35,323 nt of DNA from positions 40,677-75,999 of the forward strand of contig CAZXTN010000004.1 in assembly GCA_964643685.1 (NCBI GenBank), written 5' to 3'. The position numbers and the translations under genes were made by a program. Shown in pieces: positions 7,241-15,646 of the stretch; the stretch's first letter is position 1; the number at the start of each line of letters is the position of its first letter. Origin of the DNA: Candidatus Micrarchaeota archaeon (GTDB lineage: Archaea; B1Sed10-29; JAJRYS01). Below the pieces are notes generated by a model. The model saw only the letters and a list, made by a program, of their open reading frames with translations, did no database searches and had not been told where the DNA came from.

Positions 7241-9436
7241 ATGAAAAAAGCAATTTTAATCTTGATAATGCTTTCAATAAGCGTTTTCTCTTATTCAATA
7301 ACAACTTTCAATGACTCAACAACTTCAAAAACATTCAATTTTACTGAAGCAGGAAGCAATGCTTCAATGTGGATAACACTACCTAAAAACGCTTCAGTGC
7401 AGTATGCTTATTTTGACTTAGAAGCGCAGCCAGTTGCAAACTGGACTAACTCAACTTTCGGAAACCAATCAGAAACAATGTATGACATAATGATTTACAA
7501 CACTTCACTTGCTTATTCTGTTGGAAACCCTCCTGGAACAGGAGGAAGTGGAAGCTCTAACCCTTCCACTTTTTTCAAATGGAACGGCTCAGCATGGGCT
7601 TTTGTACAGAACTTTGATGCGACAAGAATGATGTTATACAACTTGACTTATGGATTTGCAGTAGATTACCTTGATTCTCCTAACTTAATCTCCTTCTTCA
7701 ATGGCACAGCATGGAGTGACAATAAAACCCTTGATTCCTCAATAACCCTTTATGGCGTGGATATAGACCCTTTTAATTCAAGCCATGCTTTTGCAGTAGG
7801 AGCTAACAACATAGGACAAGCTAAAATTTTTGAATTCAATGGCACTGATTGGAATGAAGACACCATCCCCTCTGTTTCCACAACCCTCTACAGCGTAGCT
7901 TTCTCAACAACCAATCCTTCAGAATTGGCAATTGCAGTGGGAAGTGGAGGGCACATACTTGAATGGAATACAACAAATTGGACAGAAGCAACTTCTCCAA
8001 CAACTCAACATTTGTTAGATGTTTCAACAAACAGTGATTATGCCTATGCAGTAGGGGATGATGGCACAATAATAAAAAGGTCAGGGGATACAGATACATG
8101 GAGTAGCATAACAAGTCCTGTATCTGGAGTCGCTTTATATAGCATTGATTTTTATTATGAAAAACCCTCTGTTTCAAGAGATGGAGCAATAGCAGTAGGA
8201 GAACAAGGAACAATAATTGAAACAAAATCAACAAATAATCAAATATGGGAAAACGTTTCCTCACCAACCACAAAAACATTGTGGACAGTTGATCATTATT
8301 CAGACACTCTCTCATTTGCAGTTGGAGACAACATGACATTCATAAGATACTACGGTTATCCAAACTGGGTTTCACTTGGCTTCGAAGATGAAAAAAACTG
8401 GAACAATTCAAAGGCAGAATTAAGAACAGCAACAGCCAACTTAACACAAACCATCCAAGACGTTTTTACAACAGACACCAACCTTCAATTAAACCTCTCA
8501 ACAGGAACACCTGCTTACATAACCCTCTCAAACATAAACATAAGCTACGGTACTCAGTTGACTGGCGTGGCTTCAGGGTTATCTTTTAAGTTGAGTGATG
8601 GTACTGATGTGTCAACTACGCCTGTTTATGAGAATTCGAATGTTTCTGTTTATAATGGTTCGACGTTGGTTGCTGTTATTCCTATTGATTTTTCTGTTCA
8701 GCCTAATTATAGTGGTTGGGTTGCTGAGGCTGGTGTTAATGATAGTGATGACAGGGCTTATGTTTTGACTAGTCCTTTGAGTGATGCTAACAACTCTCAA
8801 GCTAGTTCGAAGACTCTCTATCTAAAATATAGCAATACTACTGCAACTAAGGTGTGTGTGGCTGATTCTTCAACTGTTACTGCTGCTGATTTGAAGGCAA
8901 TTGTGACTGAAAGTGATTGTACTGGAGCTGGTTATTCTTTGGTTTCTGCTAATACTACTGAGGTTGGAGGTGTGACTTATTTTGCTTTGACTGGTTTGAG
9001 TAATTCTGGTGCTGTGCAGGTTGTGAATTCTTCTGCTGGGTCTAATCCCCCTATTTTGACTGATGCGAGTGTCTCTCCTTCGTCTGGTAATTCTGACACT
9101 TCTTTTAATTTTAGTGTTACTGTTACTGATTTGGATAATGATTCTCAGAGTGTTTCAGTGTCTATTGACGGCGTGGTTTATACCATGAGTGAAGTTGACT
9201 CAAGCGATACGACGACGAGTGATGGGAAGGCTTATTATTATGTTACTCAGTTGTCTCAGGGGACTCATACTTATTATTTCAGTTCAAATGATGGTTCTAA
9301 TACTGCTTATACTACTTCTTATTCTTTGACTGTTGGTGCTGGTACTCCTATTATTGTTTCTGCTCCTGGTTTTAATTACCTTGCTGTTTTAGTTTTGTTC
9401 CTAGCGGTTTCACTCATCTACTACAAACTAAACTAA
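7241..9436 (+). CDS. Large secreted surface glycoprotein with beta-propeller repeats, an Ig-like domain and a PGF-CTERM-like anchor
   Basis: Signal peptide. Repeated AVGxxG.I...W....SP blades (Ycf48/BNR-like). About 30 N-x-S/T sequons. C-terminal APGF followed by a TM helix. RBS AAAGGTGA upstream. Confidence 0.85.
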   Translation: MKKAILILIMLSISVFSYSITTFNDSTTSKTFNFTEAGSNASMWITLPKNASVQYAYFDLEAQPVANWTNSTFGNQSETMYDIMIYNTSLAYSVGNPPGTGGSGSSNPSTFFKWNGSAWAFVQNFDATRMMLYNLTYGFAVDYLDSPNLISFFNGTAWSDNKTLDSSITLYGVDIDPFNSSHAFAVGANNIGQAKIFEFNGTDWNEDTIPSVSTTLYSVAFSTTNPSELAIAVGSGGHILEWNTTNWTEATSPTTQHLLDVSTNSDYAYAVGDDGTIIKRSGDTDTWSSITSPVSGVALYSIDFYYEKPSVSRDGAIAVGEQGTIIETKSTNNQIWENVSSPTTKTLWTVDHYSDTLSFAVGDNMTFIRYYGYPNWVSLGFEDEKNWNNSKAELRTATANLTQTIQDVFTTDTNLQLNLSTGTPAYITLSNINISYGTQLTGVASGLSFKLSDGTDVSTTPVYENSNVSVYNGSTLVAVIPIDFSVQPNYSGWVAEAGVNDSDDRAYVLTSPLSDANNSQASSKTLYLKYSNTTATKVCVADSSTVTAADLKAIVTESDCTGAGYSLVSANTTEVGGVTYFALTGLSNSGAVQVVNSSAGSNPPILTDASVSPSSGNSDTSFNFSVTVTDLDNDSQSVSVSIDGVVYTMSEVDSSDTTTSDGKAYYYVTQLSQGTHTYYFSSNDGSNTAYTTSYSLTVGAGTPIIVSAPGFNYLAVLVLFLAVSLIYYKLN

Positions 9437-9468
9437 TAAATACGCTTTAAGCCTTAATAATTAACTAT

Positions 9469-10245
9469 ATGGGAAAAAAAATCATCCTAACACTGCTATT
9501 GCTCGTATCAATTTCAATGGCAGAAGTAACCATCTTACACCCAATAGAAAAAACCTTCAATGACAGCCTATACCTTGGAAAAATTTCACCAGGCCAAGAA
9601 CTCAAACTAGTTTTCAGCAGAGAAACAGGGCCAAACGGAAACAAAAAAACGATATTTTGGGAAAAAGCAGTAATCCCACAACAATTTCTAATCAATGAAA
9701 CAATAGAAGGAAACCAAATAACAACATGGATTAAAATACCGGAACAACATCCAACAGGAATGCTTTCCTTTAACGTGACTCTTCAAAACAACATTTTATA
9801 CATCATGCCCGAACAAAGACAGATAACAATGAACGTTTCAAAAAACTTATATTCCTTCTCCTACCCTGACTCATTCTCTTCAAAAGCAGGAGAAAAAATT
9901 GAAATTCCAGTTGAAATAATAAGTGAATCAATTGCAGAAGAAAAAATAAGAATAACAGATTCAATAAACTTCCCTCTAAAATGGACACACATGCCTGAAA
10001 TAAAATTCAATGGAAAAGGCAAGAAAACAGCAATGCTAACAGTAAACCCAAGCGAAGAAGGAGATTACAACATTGCACTTAAACTTGAAACAAGCACAGG
10101 AGAAGAAGCAGGAATAATCAAAATACACCTAAGAACAACCCCCACAATCTCTTCAAAACTAAAAGCATTTGAAGAAGGCTTCTCAGTCACGCCAATAATC
10201 ATGCAACCCTTTTACTCCTTTTTATCACTCCTCAGTTACCTTTAA
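9469..10245 (+). CDS. Secreted hypothetical protein with predicted beta-sandwich (Ig-like) domains
   Basis: Signal peptide MGKKIILTLLLLVSISMA and beta-rich segments (LTVNPSEEGDYNIAL). The family was not recognised. Confidence 0.7.
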   Translation: MGKKIILTLLLLVSISMAEVTILHPIEKTFNDSLYLGKISPGQELKLVFSRETGPNGNKKTIFWEKAVIPQQFLINETIEGNQITTWIKIPEQHPTGMLSFNVTLQNNILYIMPEQRQITMNVSKNLYSFSYPDSFSSKAGEKIEIPVEIISESIAEEKIRITDSINFPLKWTHMPEIKFNGKGKKTAMLTVNPSEEGDYNIALKLETSTGEEAGIIKIHLRTTPTISSKLKAFEEGFSVTPIIMQPFYSFLSLLSYL

Positions 10246-10309
10246 ATTCAATTTTTTTCAATCAGGACATTCAAAAACAATGAAAATAAGCAAAAAAAGG
10301 TAATTTAAA

Positions 10310-11635
10310 ATGTACTCTGAAAAAATAAAAAAAGCACTGCAGGGAATAAGCATAGGAAATGAAATAAAAATTTCATTAAAAAGCAAGAGCTATGAAGGCA
10401 AGCTCATGCCTTCAACAGAACTCAACAACCCAAACATGATAATCCTGAAATTGAAAAATGGATACAATATAGGAATAAAATACTCTGATGAAATGAAGAT
10501 ACAAAAACTAAATTCAACCAAGCAGCAGGAAAAACAAAAAATTCACTCTAAAACAAAAAATAAAACAAGCTCACTTAAGCCAAAAGTTTCAATAATAACA
10601 ACAGGAGGGACAATCACTTCAAAAATAGACTATGAAACAGGAGGAGTCACTTCACTAATCACTCCAGAGGAATTAATCTCATCAGTTCCTGAATTAAATG
10701 ACACCATAGAAATAACAGACATAATACAACCTTTCAACAGAATGAGCGAAAGCATGTCATTCAAGGACTACATAGAACTGGCAAAAACAATTGAAAAAGA
10801 ACTTCAAAAAACAGATGCAGTTATCATAACCCACGGCACAGACACAATGCATTACACAGCAGCAGCACTCTCCTTCATGTTCCATGAAACAAGAAAACCA
10901 ATCATTTTAACAGGGGCACAGAGAAGCGCAGACAGGCCTTCATCAGATGCCTTCCTCAACTTGATATTCTCAGCAAAAATAGCAGCTTCAGACATAGGAG
11001 AAGTTGGAATCTGCATGCACTCAAGCTCATCAGACGACAAAGGAATATTCATAAGAGGAACGAAAGCAAGGAAAATGCACACAAGCAAAAGAAACGCATT
11101 CCGTCCCATAAACGATTACCCAATAGCAGAAGTAACTCAAGAAGGCGTAAAGCCACTTCAAGAATATAAAAAATCAGACAAGAAATCAAAGCCAAAAGCA
11201 TTAATAGGAATGGAAGAAAAAGTTGCCTTAATCAAAGCGCATCCAAACTCAGACCCTGAAATAATTGACTTTTACATGGAAAAAGGGTATAATGGGTTGA
11301 TAATAGAAGCAACAGGACTCGGGCAAATCCCCCTCGAAACAAAAGAGCAAAGCAAAAACTGGATGCCTTATGTGAAAAAAGCAATTGAAAAAGGAATGAT
11401 AATCTGCTTCGCGCCTCAAACAATATACGGAAGACTCAACCCCTATGTTTATTCCCAAGCAAGGGAATACAAGCAAGCAGGAGTAATCTTCTTAGAAGAC
11501 ATGCTTCCAGAAACAGCTTTAATCAAGTTATCCTGGCTGCTTGGCACGAACCAAAAAAATGTTAAAGAAAAAATGCTTGAAAACTATGCAGGGGAAATAA
11601 CAGAAAAAACAAAAACAGGAACTTTCTTGTACTAA
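10310..11635 (+). CDS. gatD: Glu-tRNA(Gln) amidotransferase subunit D
   Basis: N-terminal KLKNGYNIG domain and asparaginase motifs TGGTI, HGTDT, GAQRSADRPSSDA and RKMHTSKRNAF. Confidence 0.96.
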   Translation: MYSEKIKKALQGISIGNEIKISLKSKSYEGKLMPSTELNNPNMIILKLKNGYNIGIKYSDEMKIQKLNSTKQQEKQKIHSKTKNKTSSLKPKVSIITTGGTITSKIDYETGGVTSLITPEELISSVPELNDTIEITDIIQPFNRMSESMSFKDYIELAKTIEKELQKTDAVIITHGTDTMHYTAAALSFMFHETRKPIILTGAQRSADRPSSDAFLNLIFSAKIAASDIGEVGICMHSSSSDDKGIFIRGTKARKMHTSKRNAFRPINDYPIAEVTQEGVKPLQEYKKSDKKSKPKALIGMEEKVALIKAHPNSDPEIIDFYMEKGYNGLIIEATGLGQIPLETKEQSKNWMPYVKKAIEKGMIICFAPQTIYGRLNPYVYSQAREYKQAGVIFLEDMLPETALIKLSWLLGTNQKNVKEKMLENYAGEITEKTKTGTFLY

Positions 11636-11648
11636 AGGAGTTGTAAAT

Positions 11649-12185
11649 ATGATAATTGGATTAACAGGGCTTGCTAGAAGTGGAAAAGACACAGTAGCAA
11701 ATTATCTAGAAAAAAAATACGGCTTCAAGCACCTTGATTTTGCAAGAGATGCCTTGTTCGCAGAAGCAGAGAAGAGAGGAATAGAAAAAGACAAAATTTC
11801 CCTCTCAATACTAGGAGACGAGTTAAGACAAGAGCAAGGAAGAGCAGTGCTTGCAAAAATAATAAATTCAAAAATAAAAGAAAACGAAGATTATGTAATT
11901 ACGGGATTCAGAAGCCCAGAAGAAGTTGATATGATAAGAAACGAGCACCTCAACTTTGTTTTAATTGAAATCAATGCAAGCCCTGCCACGAGGTTCAAAA
12001 GAAGAAATGAAAAAGACCCTGACAATGAAGAATTATTCAATGCCAGAGACAAGAGAGACATACACAACAAGGGATTAGGGGACGTGCTGAAAATGGCTGA
12101 CTACAAAATGCAAAACCAAGGCACTCTCGAAGAACTGTATGAACTAATTGATGCATTAATGGAAAAAATAAAAAAAGAATTCTGA
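11649..12185 (+). CDS. P-loop nucleotide kinase (archaeal CoaE/dNMP-kinase-like)
   Basis: IIGLTGLARSGKDT Walker A, GFRSPEEV and ADY.MQN.GT. Substrate not determinable. Confidence 0.8.
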   Translation: MIIGLTGLARSGKDTVANYLEKKYGFKHLDFARDALFAEAEKRGIEKDKISLSILGDELRQEQGRAVLAKIINSKIKENEDYVITGFRSPEEVDMIRNEHLNFVLIEINASPATRFKRRNEKDPDNEELFNARDKRDIHNKGLGDVLKMADYKMQNQGTLEELYELIDALMEKIKKEF

Positions 12186-12210
12186 AAAACCAGCAAAAGG
12201 GAAAATAAAA

Positions 12211-14067
12211 ATGACTGACTACAAAAAACTCGGGTTAAAAACAGGGCTTGAATTCCACCAAAGATTGGATACTCACAAGCTTTTCTGCAATTGCGAGTCA
12301 GTGCAAGAAGAAAAACCAACATTAGAAACACTCAGAAAACTAAGGCCAGTAACAGGGGAACTTGGAGAAATAGATGAAACAACAAAACTTGAATTCTTGA
12401 AAAACAAGACATTCAAATATAACTCCTACGACAAGTCAACATGCCTAGTTGAATTAGACGAAGAACCCCCTCATGAAATAAATCAAGAAGCGCTTGACAC
12501 TGCAATTGAAATTGCTCTTCTTCTAGAAGCAGATTTAGTTGACGAGCTTCAAGTAATGCGAAAAATAGTCATAGATGGCTCGAACACCTCAGGGTTTCAG
12601 AGGACAGCAATGCTAAGTGGCAACGGTAAACTTGAAAGCAAATTCGGAGAAATTCCAATAACAGGGATATTCATAGAAGAAGAGTCAGCTGGCATAATAA
12701 AAGAAGACAAAGGAATCAAAAACTACAGGCTGGATCGTCTTGGCATCCCTCTTGTTGAAATAGCAACAGGGATAATGGAATTAAACCCAAATGAAGTGCA
12801 GGAAGTTGCGCTTGAACTTGGAAAACTGTTGAGGGTAACTGGAAAAGTGCAAAGAGGACTTGGCACAATAAGACAGGATGTTAACATTTCAATAAAACAA
12901 GGAGCAAGAATAGAAGCAAAAGGACTTCAGGACTTGAAACTGCTTTCGAAAGTAATTGAATTAGAAGTTCAGAGGCAAATTAACTTGCTGAAACTAAAAG
13001 AAAAATTCACTGAAAGAAACATACAAAAAAGAAGTTATGAAGTGCAGTCATTCACTTCAATATTTAAAGATACTAAAAACAAGATGATAAAAAACGCTTT
13101 ACGCAAACAAGAAAAAGTTTATGGCTTAGTGCTTCCTAACTTCAAAGGAGTCCTTGGATTCGAGTTGTGCGACAATTACAGGTTTGGCACAGAATTAGCG
13201 GGCATTGCAAAAACATTTGGCTTGAAAGGAATCATTCACAGCGATGAAGACATGAAAAAATACGAGTTAGAAAAAGAAATGAAAAAAATATACGACGAGC
13301 ATAACTTGAAACAAGAAGATGCAGTCATATTAATAACAGGCAAGCCTTCTCAGATTACAAATGCTTTGATCAAAATAAATGAGAGGATTAACATGGTGTT
13401 TGATGGCGTACCTGAAGAGACAAGAAAAGTAATGCCAGATGGCACAACAAGGTTCATGAGATTCATTTCAGGAGAACATAGAATGTACCCAGAAACAGAT
13501 GTGCCTCCAGTGGTTATAACAAGGGAGAGGATTGAAAAAATCAAAAACCAGATTTCAAAAAAGCCAGAAGAGTTGAAGCAAGAGCTTGTTCAAAAAGGAT
13601 TGAAAGAAGATTATGCTGAAAAAGTAGTTACTTCAAAAAACCTAAAGCTTCTTCTGCCATTGATTGAAAAATATGAAAAAGCGAAAATAGCGACGCCTAA
13701 CTTAATAGTTTCTGTTGTTGAAGAAACGTTGAAGGAATTGAAAAGAGAAGGAGCAGATGTTTCAAAAATAACAGAAGAAAAACTAATTAACTTGTTTGAC
13801 TTTGTTGAAAAAGGACTGCCAAAAGAAGCAATCAAAGAAAAGCTTACTTACTTGACTGAAAATGAAAGACTAAAAGAAGAAAACCTGGAAGTAGCTACAG
13901 AAAAAGAACTAAAGCAATATCTTGAAAATACAATCAAGGAACAATCAATTGACTTGTCAGACAAAAGAAAAGCATTCAATATTATAATGGGCGAGATGAT
14001 GAAGAAATACAGAGGAAAAGCAAGCGGTTCCCTTATTGCGAAAATAGTCAAAGAAAAAATAAATTAA
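12211..14067 (+). CDS. gatE: Glu-tRNA(Gln) amidotransferase subunit E
   Basis: GLEFHQRL..KLFC, MRKIVIDGSNTSGFQRT, LDRLGIPLVEIAT, RGLGTIRQDVNISI and RMYPETD. Confidence 0.97.
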   Translation: MTDYKKLGLKTGLEFHQRLDTHKLFCNCESVQEEKPTLETLRKLRPVTGELGEIDETTKLEFLKNKTFKYNSYDKSTCLVELDEEPPHEINQEALDTAIEIALLLEADLVDELQVMRKIVIDGSNTSGFQRTAMLSGNGKLESKFGEIPITGIFIEEESAGIIKEDKGIKNYRLDRLGIPLVEIATGIMELNPNEVQEVALELGKLLRVTGKVQRGLGTIRQDVNISIKQGARIEAKGLQDLKLLSKVIELEVQRQINLLKLKEKFTERNIQKRSYEVQSFTSIFKDTKNKMIKNALRKQEKVYGLVLPNFKGVLGFELCDNYRFGTELAGIAKTFGLKGIIHSDEDMKKYELEKEMKKIYDEHNLKQEDAVILITGKPSQITNALIKINERINMVFDGVPEETRKVMPDGTTRFMRFISGEHRMYPETDVPPVVITRERIEKIKNQISKKPEELKQELVQKGLKEDYAEKVVTSKNLKLLLPLIEKYEKAKIATPNLIVSVVEETLKELKREGADVSKITEEKLINLFDFVEKGLPKEAIKEKLTYLTENERLKEENLEVATEKELKQYLENTIKEQSIDLSDKRKAFNIIMGEMMKKYRGKASGSLIAKIVKEKIN

Positions 14068-14072
14068 TAACT

Positions 14073-14972
14073 TTATTTTGTCTCTTTTATGAACTCGCAG
14101 ACTTTGCATACTTCTCCTGCAGTGACTTCCCCGCACACTTTGCACTTTTTCAGCTTCTGTTCTTTTCCAAAATTTTCTTTCAAAAAAGGAAGCATTTTAT
14201 CAAAACTATGAAGCAATCCAATTTTAATTCCAGGGTGCTTGTTTTCCAAAAAATTAAGAGACTCTCTTACATCAGCTCTCAGAGAATTCGTCACATAAGG
14301 GCATTCCATGTCATCATACTCCAATCCTTTCAGCAAGGCATAAACAACATTCTCTTTTTCACTTATTTCCCTCAATGGCTTGACTCTAGGCACGAACAAA
14401 TCGCTTTTAGTGACTCCAGTCACTGCACCGCTTCTAGCCATCCTATCTAATTCAGAGTGGAAAAAATTCATCATGATAGTCTGCGCTTCGTCATCCAAAT
14501 TATGCCCCACAGCCAAGTAATTGCATCCAAGCTCACGCGCAGCCTTGTTAAGCAAGTGCCTTCTGAACACTCCGCAGTAACTGCAAGCATGCCTCTTCTT
14601 TTTTTTCACAATCTCATCAAGTGTTTTTCCAATTTCTTCTTTAAAGGAGTAGATATGCAGAGGCACATCAATTTCTTTGCACAGCTTTTTTACAAAAGGA
14701 ATTGTCTCATTCCTGTAACCTTTAATACCTTCATCTATTGTAATTGCAACTACATTGTAGCCAAGCTTGTTCAGCACATAAAGCAAGTCAATGCTGTCCT
14801 TGCCTCCGCTTACTCCAACTCCAATTAAATCTTTCTTAGTAAACATCTTGTGTTTAGCAATTGTTCTTTTCACTCTTTTTTCATAATACTTTACAAAACA
14901 AGAATGGCAGAAGGCCTTTGAAGCATAAGGAATGTAAACAACTGCTTTTTTGCCGCATTTCACGCACTTCAT
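14073..14972 (-). CDS. ncsA: tRNA 2-thiolation protein NcsA/TtuA (TIGR00269-like)
   Basis: N- and C-terminal Zn-finger CxxC pairs, PP-loop SGGKDS, CSYCGVFRR, GHNLDDEAQT and ECPY. Confidence 0.9.
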   Translation of the reverse strand: MKCVKCGKKAVVYIPYASKAFCHSCFVKYYEKRVKRTIAKHKMFTKKDLIGVGVSGGKDSIDLLYVLNKLGYNVVAITIDEGIKGYRNETIPFVKKLCKEIDVPLHIYSFKEEIGKTLDEIVKKKKRHACSYCGVFRRHLLNKAARELGCNYLAVGHNLDDEAQTIMMNFFHSELDRMARSGAVTGVTKSDLFVPRVKPLREISEKENVVYALLKGLEYDDMECPYVTNSLRADVRESLNFLENKHPGIKIGLLHSFDKMLPFLKENFGKEQKLKKCKVCGEVTAGEVCKVCEFIKETK

Positions 14973-14979
14973 TTAAAAA

Positions 14980-15171
14980 TCAACCACCGCTTACAACAGG
15001 ATAAAGCTTAACCTTATCTCCTTCCTTTAATTTTTCATCCTCTAAAACTATTTTTCCATTCACGCTTACAACATACTCACCCGGATTCAGCTTCAATTTT
15101 TCAAAAAGAGAAGCGACGTCTTTCACACCTCTTACTCTCTTTTTCTTTCCCCTGTTTTCAACTTCAATCAT
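14980..15171 (-). CDS. Ubiquitin-like sulfur carrier (SAMP/ThiS/MoaD family)
   Basis: 63 aa, VSVNG...LKEGDKV and C-terminal VSGG. Directly upstream of ncsA. Confidence 0.9.
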   Translation of the reverse strand: MIEVENRGKKKRVRGVKDVASLFEKLKLNPGEYVVSVNGKIVLEDEKLKEGDKVKLYPVVSGG

Positions 15172-15548
15172 TTCTCAATCACTTCTTTTGCTTTTTTCAA
15201 ATCATCAACTTGAAAACCAAGAGTAACTTCCCCTCTTTCTCTTGTAATCAAGTAAACCCAGTTGACATTAACTCCGTAATGCGCGAATTTTCTAGTTATT
15301 TTAGCAAGCTCCCCTGGCTTATCCTGTATCTTAACAGTTAAAACTTCACTTGTTTCAGGTGAATAACCCTCAAGTTCAAATGCCTTCACTGCGCTTCGTT
15401 CATCTTCAGTAATCAAATGAACAAAACCCTTGTTATCAACTCCCCCTCCAAGCATTGTAATAATATTTATGCCTTTTTTTCCAAGAGTCTCGCATATCCT
15501 ATTTAACTCTCCTTTCTCGTTTTTTATCTTTAAAGTAACTTGTTTCAT
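15168..15548 (-). CDS. Tandem ACT-domain protein
   Basis: Two ACT repeats (NEKGELNRICETLGKKGINI and DKPGELAKITRKFAHYGVNV). RBS AGGAGG. Stop overlaps the SAMP start (ATGA). Confidence 0.88.
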   Translation of the reverse strand: MKQVTLKIKNEKGELNRICETLGKKGINIITMLGGGVDNKGFVHLITEDERSAVKAFELEGYSPETSEVLTVKIQDKPGELAKITRKFAHYGVNVNWVYLITRERGEVTLGFQVDDLKKAKEVIEK

Positions 15549-15646
15549 TTTCCTACCTCCTTTTTGAAATTACCCATTTAATTTATATACTTCAAAAGAT
15601 AAAAAGAGAACTACTAAATTTTAAGTTTGAATTAAGGTGCTAAGTA

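Noticed and set aside
7241-9436. Diversity-generating retroelement target
   Set aside because: No reverse transcriptase and no TR/VR pair differing at adenines were found in the window.
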